Below are positions 11,166 through 18,657 of a stretch of 51,879 bases of DNA, piece by piece. A model generated the notes under the pieces. That model was not told the DNA's origin. It saw only the letters and a list, made by a program, of their open reading frames with translations, and did not search any database. A program made the position numbers and the translations under genes. Position 1 is the first letter of the stretch, and each line of letters opens with the position of its first letter. The DNA lies in NCBI GenBank assembly GCA_044376155.1, contig JBILLI010000001.1, forward strand, positions 1 through 51,879, written 5' to 3'. This stretch comes from Polyangiales bacterium (GTDB lineage: Bacteria > Myxococcota_A > Polyangia > Polyangiales > Ga0077539).

Positions 11166-11963
11166 TCAGGCCCCGCGCGTGTCGACGCGGCTCGTGCCGA
11201 TGGAGGGCACGAACGCGTCCCACCCCTCGGGCTCGGACCAGAACAGGAACGCGCCGAAGCGCCGCACGCTGTCGTAGTCGCCGAGCAGCGCGGTGAACGC
11301 CCGACGGCGGAGCTCCTCGGACCCCAGCGTGCCCTCCCCCGGACGCTGCGCCGCGGCGAGCGACCCGAGGCGCGCGAGCATGCGCGTCGCGAGGGCCGCG
11401 GCTTCGTCCACCTCGGCCGACTCCACGCTGGTTCGCCCCTCCACCTCGGACCAGTGCGCCCGGTACCACCCCGCCATTTCGTTGAGGTCGTTGGCCTTGT
11501 CGCGCACGGAGTTGTCCCCCGCGCGCACGTCCTCCACCAACCGCTCGGGCGCCCGCTTGCGCCGCACCTGCGCCGCGAGGTCGAGCAGGAGCATCCCCCG
11601 GAGCTCGTTCGCGCGCGGCAGGATGTCGGCGAAGTTCACCGTGGTGTCTTGCGCCGCGCGGTGCAGCAGGTCGGCGTGCTGCGCGGCGTGGGCGAGGTCC
11701 TCGATGCCCTCCAGCACCGACCAGGGCACGTCGCGAAAGCTCTGCGCCAGCGCCGCGCGGCGCGAGAGCACGTTCTCCGCGCCGGCGAGGGCCACCGCGG
11801 CGGCCACGGTGAGGTCCAGCCGCGCGTCGCGCACGGTCGCGGGGTCCATCGCCAGCAGGCGCGGCGAGACCCGCGCGAAGGCGGCCTCGGTGACCGGTAG
11901 CTCAAGCTCGATGGTCAGGGGCTCTGCGTGCAGGGAGTGCGCTTCGATCGTCTTGGCTGACAT
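11166..11963 (-). CDS. Hypothetical protein (helical, no recognisable domain)
   Basis: 265 aa ORF with strong GC3 bias. ATG at 11963 is preceded by GGAGGTGA 8 nt upstream. Confidence 0.7.
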   Translation of the reverse strand: MSAKTIEAHSLHAEPLTIELELPVTEAAFARVSPRLLAMDPATVRDARLDLTVAAAVALAGAENVLSRRAALAQSFRDVPWSVLEGIEDLAHAAQHADLLHRAAQDTTVNFADILPRANELRGMLLLDLAAQVRRKRAPERLVEDVRAGDNSVRDKANDLNEMAGWYRAHWSEVEGRTSVESAEVDEAAALATRMLARLGSLAAAQRPGEGTLGSEELRRRAFTALLGDYDSVRRFGAFLFWSEPEGWDAFVPSIGTSRVDTRGA

Positions 11964-12041
11964 GACCCATCACCTCCGTCGACGGCGCGCACGGTAGCAC
12001 GGCGACCCGAGGCGCTTGACGTCCTCCGAGGCTGTGACCGA

Positions 12042-13241
12042 ATGCGCGTCGTCGTGGACGAGGAGCGCGCGAACCTGGAGGTGTGGGCGGAGGCGTTCGG
12101 CCGGGTGCTCGGCTGGGCGCCGCGAGTGGTCGACGCGCCGGGTGACCCGCCCGGCACCGCGCTGGTCTTTCACGGCCCCGTCGAGCCCGTGGAGATGCTC
12201 GGGAGCACCGGGCACCTCGCGCAGAGCCCCGCGCTGCTCGCGCACGCGCGCGTCATGGGCTTCGGCTGGGACGCGTCGGGCGTGGTGCGCACGGTCCCCT
12301 CGCCCGACACCTTCAACCGTCGCGCGGCGCGGCTGCTCCCGCCGGGCGCGGGCTACCGCATGGGCTACGACCGCAGCGAGCGGCGCAACATGGCCCTCGG
12401 GGGCTTTCTGCTGCGCTACCTCGACGGGTGCGTCCCCGTGCAGCTCGCGCCGCCGTCGTTCTACCGCGAGGTGCTCGCGCGCGCGGGTGAGGTCACGGCG
12501 GGCGAGCTGGGCTTTCACTTCACCTCCTTCGCGCACGACCTCAGCGTGCACGCGCTGAATTATCAGGTCGTCCCCGCGGGGCTGCGCGCGGCGATTCGCG
12601 CGCGGGTCACCACCGCTCTGCCCGCGCGCGTCGCGGCGTGGGAGGGCCCCGAGGCGCCCGGCCCGCTCACGCTCACCGCCTTCTTCGACAACGACGTCAA
12701 CCGCTTCTGCTACGCCGTCTGGACCGCCAGCGACACCGTCGACGAGGCCCTGCGCGTGGCCGAATCCCACAGCGCGCAGCTCCTCGCGTGCCTGGACCAC
12801 CGCATCGCCGAGACCCTCGCGGGCAAGGGCGACGTCGCCAGCGGCGACACCCACGACCTCGATCCCCTCGCCCCGTGGGCCTTCGCGGTGGCGCGCGCCG
12901 TCCCCGCGACCGCATCCCCCGCGACGTCCTCGCGCGACCCCGCCCGCAGCGCGCGCCTCGCGGCGGCCCTGCTCGGCATCGCGTCCCTGCCGTCGGATCT
13001 GCCGGGGCTGCGCGCGCGTCTGCTCGACGTTGACCTCGACGGCGACCGCGCGGTGCTCCGCGTGGGGTGGGAGAACCCCGTGGCGGCCGTGCTCCTCGCG
13101 CCCGACGGATCGGTGGAGGTGCGCGAGCTCCACCCCAGCGCGGCGCGCCTGCGCGAGGGCCTGCGCGCGCTCGCGGCGGCGCTCCCGCGGCGGGTCACCC
13201 CCGAGGCGCTGCGGGCGGCGCGCGCCCGGGAGGGCGACTGA
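12042..13241 (+). CDS. Hypothetical protein (no recognisable domain)
   Basis: 399 aa ORF with coding-like GC3 bias. Divergent from 11166-11963 across 78 bp. Its stop is 5 bp before the next gene's candidate start. Confidence 0.7.
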   Translation: MRVVVDEERANLEVWAEAFGRVLGWAPRVVDAPGDPPGTALVFHGPVEPVEMLGSTGHLAQSPALLAHARVMGFGWDASGVVRTVPSPDTFNRRAARLLPPGAGYRMGYDRSERRNMALGGFLLRYLDGCVPVQLAPPSFYREVLARAGEVTAGELGFHFTSFAHDLSVHALNYQVVPAGLRAAIRARVTTALPARVAAWEGPEAPGPLTLTAFFDNDVNRFCYAVWTASDTVDEALRVAESHSAQLLACLDHRIAETLAGKGDVASGDTHDLDPLAPWAFAVARAVPATASPATSSRDPARSARLAAALLGIASLPSDLPGLRARLLDVDLDGDRAVLRVGWENPVAAVLLAPDGSVEVRELHPSAARLREGLRALAAALPRRVTPEALRAARAREGD

Positions 13242-13246
13242 TCCCC

Positions 13247-14311
13247 TTGCCGCGCAAGGACTTCGCCGCACCGCTGCCCTGGCTCTTCTCGCCCGCGTGG
13301 GACCTCGCGGTCTTCGGGGGCAGCGCGCTGATCGCGCTCGCGGTGGCGCTCGGGGCGTGGTCGACGGGGCGCGCGGAGGTCGAGACATCGTCGTGGGGTT
13401 GGGTCGCGACGGTGCTGCTGGTCGACGTCGCGCACGTGCACCTCACGTGGTTTCGCACGCACCTCGACCCCGCCGAGCGCGTCGCCCACCCGTGGCGCAC
13501 CTGGGCGGTGCCCGCGGCCTGCGCGGCCCTCGCGGTGCTCACGATGCGCCTGGGCGAGGCGATCTTCTGGCGCGCGCTGGCCTACGTCGCGGTCTTTCAT
13601 TTCGTGCGGCAGCAGTGGGGCTGGGTCGCGCTCTACCGCGCGCGCGAGGGCGACCGCGACCGGGGCGGTGCATGGATCGACCGCGCGGCGATCTACCTCG
13701 CGACGCTGCACCCGGTGGTGTGGTGGCACGCGCACCTGCCGCGGCGCTTTCACTGGTTCGTCGAGGGCGACTTCGTGGCCCTGCCCGCCTGGGCGCCGAC
13801 GATCACCGCGCCCTTGTGGGCGGCCGCGCTGGTCGGATACGCCCTCCGCGCGCTCACCCGCGGCCTGCGCGAGGGTCGCTGGAACCCGGGCAAGGACCTC
13901 GTCGTCGCGAGCACCGCGGCGTGCTGGTACGTCGGCATCGTGGTCTTCGACGGGGACTGGGTGTTCACCGTGACCAACGTGCTGATCCACGGCGTGCCCT
14001 ACTTCGCGCTGGTCTGGCGCGACGGCGCGCGGCGCTACGTCACGCGCGGCGACGGCGCGCGGGTCTTCGCGATGGGCGCGTGGGCGCTGCTGGGCGCGGC
14101 GTGGGTCATCGCCTACGCCGAGGAGCTGCTCTGGGACCGCGCCGTGTGGCAGGAGCGCGCGTGGCTCTTCGGCGAGGGGTGGTCCCTGCACGCGTGGCGG
14201 GGGTGGCTCGTGCCGCTGCTGGCCGCGCCCCAGCTCACGCATTACGTGCTCGACGGGTTCATCTGGAAGCGCCGCGACACCCGCGAGATCCGCGAGGGTT
14301 CAGCGGGCTGA
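13247..14311 (+). CDS. Polytopic (about 10 TM) membrane protein with membrane-embedded His motifs, unknown family
   Basis: Candidate TTG start at 13247 (no ATG or GTG nearby in frame). Hydrophobic segments carry VDVAHVHLTWF, FHFVRQQWGW, LHPVVWWH, IHGVPYFALVW and THYVLDGFIWKRR. Confidence 0.6.
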   Translation: MPRKDFAAPLPWLFSPAWDLAVFGGSALIALAVALGAWSTGRAEVETSSWGWVATVLLVDVAHVHLTWFRTHLDPAERVAHPWRTWAVPAACAALAVLTMRLGEAIFWRALAYVAVFHFVRQQWGWVALYRAREGDRDRGGAWIDRAAIYLATLHPVVWWHAHLPRRFHWFVEGDFVALPAWAPTITAPLWAAALVGYALRALTRGLREGRWNPGKDLVVASTAACWYVGIVVFDGDWVFTVTNVLIHGVPYFALVWRDGARRYVTRGDGARVFAMGAWALLGAAWVIAYAEELLWDRAVWQERAWLFGEGWSLHAWRGWLVPLLAAPQLTHYVLDGFIWKRRDTREIREGSAG

Positions 14312-14512
14312 CTCGGGGAGCACCAGGGGCGGTGCCCCCGGACGTCGCGCGGGCTCTTGCGCCTCGGCGGACTGCGCGCGCATCCAGAGCGCCGCGGTGA
14401 CCGCGAGGGCGGCGCACGCGAGCAGGAGCTGCGGCGCGAGGCCGCCGGGGTGTCGGAGCGAGGGGCCGCGGTGGCCCACCGGGAGCCCTGTGTCGAGGTC
14501 GACGCCTGCCAT
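14300..14512 (-). CDS. Possible small single-TM protein (70 aa)
   Basis: ATG at 14512 (MAGVDLDTG...LLLACAALAVTAALW...). GC3 is high by manual codon reading. It overlaps the 3' end of the upstream + gene by 12 bp. No homology is recognisable. Confidence 0.35.
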   Translation of the reverse strand: MAGVDLDTGLPVGHRGPSLRHPGGLAPQLLLACAALAVTAALWMRAQSAEAQEPARRPGAPPLVLPESAR

Positions 14513-14604
14513 GGTGTTCGGGTTGGACCGCGCGCGACCGCGAAGGTTCCCGACGCCGCGCCTTCCCCTCACGGCGGGGAGCGCCTATATGCGAGCGCAC
14601 CTCC

Positions 14605-14907
14605 ATGTCCCTGACCGATGCCCGCCGCGAGACGCTCCAGGCCCGCCTCAAGACCCTCGACGGGCTGCTCGCGGGCCTCGACCTGGACCTCCAGCGCATC
14701 CCGAGGATGCTCGTGCTGCTGGTGCTTGCGGTGCCCGCGGGGATCTTCGTGAGCTGGGTCGCGGTGGTGTTCGTGGTCTTCTCGGTGCTGATGCTGGTGA
14801 GCGTGTCGATCTACGTGACCTGGGGTCACCAGAACGAGTACCGCGCCGAGCGCGACCTCATTCGTCGGGAGCTCGTCGACGGCGAGCGCTCCCGCGACGG
14901 GCTGTGA
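14605..14907 (+). CDS. Small membrane protein (100 aa, two hydrophobic helices)
   Basis: ATG start. Nearly every codon ends in G/C. MLVLLVLAVPAGIFVSWVAVVFVVFSVLMLVSVSIYV is a TM hairpin. Its 3' end overlaps the convergent rhomboid gene by 50 bp. Confidence 0.55.
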   Translation: MSLTDARRETLQARLKTLDGLLAGLDLDLQRIPRMLVLLVLAVPAGIFVSWVAVVFVVFSVLMLVSVSIYVTWGHQNEYRAERDLIRRELVDGERSRDGL

Positions 14908-16282
14908 CCGCGCCGACGAGCGCGCCGACGAGCAGCCCTCCGAGGTGCGCCGACGCGCTCACCCGCGGGCTCCACAGGTCGAACGCGCATTGCCCCGCGA
15001 GCAGCGCGAGCAGGCCCAGGAGTTCCTGACGCCCCTCGGGGGTGCGGCGCAGCGCGGGCTCCCGCGCGATGTGCGCCACCGACGCGCCCACCAGCGCGAA
15101 CACCGCGCCCGACGCGCCCACCACCACGGTCCCCGGGGTCGCGCGCAGCAGCGCCAGCGCGCCGCCCCCCGCCGCGCCCAGGGCGAGCGTGAGGGCGAAG
15201 ACCCCGGCGCCCAGGCGGTGCTCAATGAAGCGCCCGAAGAACTGCAGGGTCAGCACGTTCACCATCAGGTGCATCGCGTCGGCGTGCAGCAGCGCGTAGG
15301 TGAGCAGCCGCCACGCCTCGGCCGCAGAGGTCAGCGGCGCGGTCAGCCCCCCGCCGCGCACCAGCGCCTCGGCCGACGGACGCGCCGACCGCAGCACCCC
15401 CACCTGCGCGACGAACAGCGCGACGACCGCGCTCCGCGTCGCGGGAACGGGCGCGTAGCTGTGATGCCACCCGAGCTCCGCCAGCGCCTCGCGCGCCGCG
15501 ACGCTCGCGCGCACCGTGTCGATCACCCGTGCGACCCGCGCGGTGCACGCCGCCGTCGGCAACGGCGTCGCGCGCAGGGCCTCGAAGCGACGGCGCCACA
15601 CCGACGACAGATCCCGCGTGTGCAGGGCCTCGTCGGCGAGGCGACGGGCCTCGTCGGGATGTCCCGCGCGGCAGCGGGCCACGCAGCGCCACCACGCGCG
15701 GCGGCCGCGGGGGGTCACGCTGCGGAGGTCTTCGAGCAACGTGTCGGTCTCGTGCACGAGCCCCACGCCCGCCGCGAGGAGCATCAACACGTAGGTGTCC
15801 GCGGCCCGCGGGAGGAAGCCCGGCGGCGCGAGGCGCTCAAACGCCGCGCACATCACCTCGGCGTCGCGGGCCTCGCCCAGCACCGCGAGGAGCAGCGCGA
15901 TCTCCCCCTGGGCCAGGGCCGCGGCGAGGGTCTCGGGGTCGTCGAGCCGACGCGCGGCGGAGGGTATGTCTCCGCGCCACGCGTCGAGGCTCACGGCGAA
16001 GACCGCGCGCTCCGAGGCCAGGGTGTGCCGCAGGGTGAGCACGGCGCGGTCGACGTCGAGGTCCTCGCCCGACATCGCCCGCACGGCGAGGTTGAGCCGC
16101 GGGATCTCCCTGGGGCGCAAGGGCCAGAGCACGTGCTGCGCGGTGGCCGCGACGCGCGCGAGGCGGAGCTGATCCCGCGCGAGGCAGCGCCATGCGAGGT
16201 CGTAGAGGTATCGGGCGGAGAGGAACGCGACCCCGGGGAGCAGCGCGAGGAGCACGCACCACGTCGTCGCGTCACCGCACAC
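14858..16282 (-). CDS. Rhomboid-family intramembrane serine protease with a roughly 290-aa N-terminal TM plus helical extension
   Basis: The C-terminal rhomboid core has HADAMHLMVN (TM2 H/N), GASGAVFALVGA (catalytic Ser) and SAHLGGLLVG (catalytic His). GTG start at 16282. Confidence 0.85.
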   Translation of the reverse strand: MCGDATTWCVLLALLPGVAFLSARYLYDLAWRCLARDQLRLARVAATAQHVLWPLRPREIPRLNLAVRAMSGEDLDVDRAVLTLRHTLASERAVFAVSLDAWRGDIPSAARRLDDPETLAAALAQGEIALLLAVLGEARDAEVMCAAFERLAPPGFLPRAADTYVLMLLAAGVGLVHETDTLLEDLRSVTPRGRRAWWRCVARCRAGHPDEARRLADEALHTRDLSSVWRRRFEALRATPLPTAACTARVARVIDTVRASVAAREALAELGWHHSYAPVPATRSAVVALFVAQVGVLRSARPSAEALVRGGGLTAPLTSAAEAWRLLTYALLHADAMHLMVNVLTLQFFGRFIEHRLGAGVFALTLALGAAGGGALALLRATPGTVVVGASGAVFALVGASVAHIAREPALRRTPEGRQELLGLLALLAGQCAFDLWSPRVSASAHLGGLLVGALVGAVTARRGSARRRRAPDE

Positions 16283-16321
16283 GCGCGGGTTGTACCAGCA
16301 GGGTCGCGCGGGAGGCGAAGA

Positions 16322-16942
16322 TCAGGCGGCCGCGAGGGCGCCGATGCGGCGGCGCAGCGCGTGACGAATGCGGTGCGTGCGGGTGTAGACCGTCTTCACG
16401 CTCATGCCGAACTCCGCGGCGACCTCGTCGGGCGTGGCCTCTTCGACGTAGATCTTCACGATCACCGAGCGGTCGCGGTCGCTCATCTCGCTGACCGCGT
16501 CGCGCAGCCGGGAGAAGGCCTGCCGCGAGGCCGCCCGCTCCACCGGGTCGAGGTCGCTCGGCAGCGTCGCCGCGACGGACTCCAGGGGCGACGCGCCGGG
16601 GCGACGGGTCACCGCGCGGAGGTAGTCCCGGGCGATGTTCGTGGTGAGCAGGGCGATCCACGTCGCGAGCTTCGTGCCCTTGCCCGGCTCCCAGTACCGC
16701 AGCCGGTGCATCTCGTTCGAGAGCAGCGCGGCGTAGAGGTTCGCGTGGATCTCGTCGAGGTCGGCCACCGAGAGCGACTTCGGAAAGGCCGCGCCCAGGC
16801 GGTGGATCTGCAGCCAGACCAGGCGGTCGTAGCGGCGGTGAAACTCGCGCCAGGCGCCCTCGTCGCGAGACAGCATGCGGTCACGGAGTTCGATCTCGGA
16901 AAGGCTCACAAGCGAGTGGTTCACGGCGGTCTCCTCCGTCAC
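16322..16942 (-). CDS. ECF-type RNA polymerase sigma-70 family factor
   Basis: 206 aa. Region 2 (FHRRYDRLVWLQIHRL...LATWIALLTTNIARDYLR) and region 4 HTH (ATPDEVAAEFGMSVKTVYTRTHRIRHALR). It lies 39 bp upstream of the rhomboid gene. Confidence 0.85.
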   Translation of the reverse strand: MTEETAVNHSLVSLSEIELRDRMLSRDEGAWREFHRRYDRLVWLQIHRLGAAFPKSLSVADLDEIHANLYAALLSNEMHRLRYWEPGKGTKLATWIALLTTNIARDYLRAVTRRPGASPLESVAATLPSDLDPVERAASRQAFSRLRDAVSEMSDRDRSVIVKIYVEEATPDEVAAEFGMSVKTVYTRTHRIRHALRRRIGALAAA

Positions 16943-17142
16943 GCGCGCTGCCGTCCGGCCCTCTCGAACCGGTGCGCCGTCGCGTCACGAGATCCCTCAA
17001 AGCACCGCCCGTGCCGAGCGTCGCAGACCGAGCTTTTTCGGGTGAATCGGCACCGTCCCGCGCCCGTCGGTGCGGCGCCCGCGCCACCCCGCGCCTCCTC
17101 CCCGGGGGCGCGTTGAGAATCGCCGTTCACGCTTCGGGTCTG

Positions 17143-17172
17143 GGGTGTGTCCCGCCGTCCACGGGCACACCG
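17143..17172 (-). terminator. Candidate stem-loop immediately downstream of the matrixin gene stop
   Basis: GGGTGTGTCCCG...CGGGCACACC is an imperfect inverted repeat that starts 7 nt past the stop (17179-17181). There is no U-tract, so intrinsic-terminator function is uncertain. Confidence 0.3.
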
Positions 17173-17178
17173 GAACCG

Positions 17179-18111
17179 TCAATCGGCGTTCACGCCCTCG
17201 GAGCCCGTGCTTGTACGCCGCCCGCGTCGCGATTTCTTCACACCCCCGGCGAGCGCCGCGAGGGCCACGAGGGCGCCCGCGAAGCCATCGCCGCGCGCGC
17301 CCGGCCTCGCCGAGCACTTCGCCCCGACCACCTCGGTGCCCCCGGGGAGCGTCGCGAGTCCGCCGTAGGGCACGGGGTTGCACCGCACGCCCACGGGCGC
17401 CGCGGCGGGGGGGTAGGCCGCGCAGATCCCGGCCGCGTCGTCGGAGGTGAGGTCGCGCCGGGCCTCGCCGCGCCCCGCCTCGGGCCACATGATCGCGCGG
17501 TCGTTGGACGAGTGCGCGATGCCGTGAAAGTGCCCGAGCTCGTGCACGATGATGGTTTGCAGGTCGACCGCGTCGGGGCCGGGCAGGCGCGAGGTCGAGA
17601 ACTCGAACCCGAGCTGGTTGGTGCGGTCGTTGTAGGTGTTCATCTCGATGTCACCGTCGAAGATCTCGCCGGTGAACGAGTCGTAGCTGACGATGGTGAT
17701 GGCGATGACGCCCTCGCGGTGCAGCGCGTCATCGCCCCACTTGCTGCGAAAGCTGATGGTGTTCGCGTTGGCCCCGGTGGTGCTCCACCCCGAGAGCGCC
17801 AGCGTGGGGGCGAGCTCGCGCACCTCGAAGTACTGCCGTTCGAGGCCGTTCTCGTCGCAGGTGGCGCTCGCCCACGACGACGACGACGCGCGGGTGATGT
17901 CGACCATCTGCTGCCACGTGAGGTTCGCGGGCAGGCCCGTGCGAAAGAGCGAGTAGCCCGTACATCGGCTGCGCCACGCCAGCGGCACGCCCACCATGTT
18001 GCAGTCGTTGGCCACGCCCCCGCGGGTGCGCGACGTGGTCGTGCGGCACCACGCCGACGCGGTGAGCGGCGCGAGGCTCAGCGCGAGCGCGAGCGCGAGG
18101 CCGCGCCTCAC
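17179..18111 (-). CDS. Matrixin-like (M10) zinc metalloprotease with MYXO-CTERM sorting tail
   Basis: HELGHFHGIAHS zinc motif, Met-turn AIMWP, DDAAGICAAY. The C-terminus has GAKCSARPG...GFAGALVALAALAGG-VKKSRRGRR (Cys, Gly-rich stretch, hydrophobic helix, Arg cluster). GTG start at 18111 overlaps the upstream stop (GTGA). Signal peptide RRGLALALALSLAPLTASA. Confidence 0.8.
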   Translation of the reverse strand: MRRGLALALALSLAPLTASAWCRTTTSRTRGGVANDCNMVGVPLAWRSRCTGYSLFRTGLPANLTWQQMVDITRASSSSWASATCDENGLERQYFEVRELAPTLALSGWSTTGANANTISFRSKWGDDALHREGVIAITIVSYDSFTGEIFDGDIEMNTYNDRTNQLGFEFSTSRLPGPDAVDLQTIIVHELGHFHGIAHSSNDRAIMWPEAGRGEARRDLTSDDAAGICAAYPPAAAPVGVRCNPVPYGGLATLPGGTEVVGAKCSARPGARGDGFAGALVALAALAGGVKKSRRGRRTSTGSEGVNAD

Positions 18112-18644
18112 CGCGACACCGCGGCGCGAACGGTGCCCGCGAAGGTGCCCACGGGCTGCGCGAGCAAAGGCGACTGCGCGGTCTGGCGGAGACCCGTCGC
18201 CGAGCCCACCCGCGCGACGCCGTCGGCGCCCACGCGCACCGGGACCACCGCGGCGGTCATGTGGGCGAGGAGCCAGCGGCCGTCCTCTTGCCCCTGAAGA
18301 AAGAACACCGCGGTCTCGCCCGCGTGGGGGATGGGCGCGTCGGGCACCATCTGCCCGATGCCGTCGACCTCGCCGCCCGCGACGCGCACGCCCACGGTGG
18401 CGCCGGCGCTCACCGGGCCCTTGAGCACGGCCTCGACCCTCACGTCGCAGTCGGTGACGATGAAGCGCTCGCGCCACTGCGACGATGCTGCGCGCACGGT
18501 GCCGAGCACCACCAGCTCGCTGCGGCGCGTGAGCGCGTCGACGGTGATCGGAACGACGGTGGTGCTGTGGGCGCGACGGGCGCGGAGACCGACGCCGAGG
18601 GCGCCGAGGGCGGTGAGGAACGACCGGCGGGAGAGCGCGCGCAT
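18108..18644 (-). CDS. Hypothetical exported protein with Tat-like signal (SRRSFLTALGALG)
   Basis: 178 aa, ATG at 18644. Twin-Arg-like motif. Translationally coupled to the matrixin gene. Confidence 0.7.
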   Translation of the reverse strand: MRALSRRSFLTALGALGVGLRARRAHSTTVVPITVDALTRRSELVVLGTVRAASSQWRERFIVTDCDVRVEAVLKGPVSAGATVGVRVAGGEVDGIGQMVPDAPIPHAGETAVFFLQGQEDGRWLLAHMTAAVVPVRVGADGVARVGSATGLRQTAQSPLLAQPVGTFAGTVRAAVSR

Positions 18645-18657
18645 GGCGCGTCGGACG

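Noticed and set aside
16943-17178. Search for an autoregulated ECF promoter (GGAAC-N16-CGT type), and a CCGAGC-TTTTT-CGGG element near 17025
   Set aside because: No convincing -35/-10 pair was found by eye on the - strand. The T-run element has only a 4-bp stem and lies on the wrong strand for either neighbouring gene.
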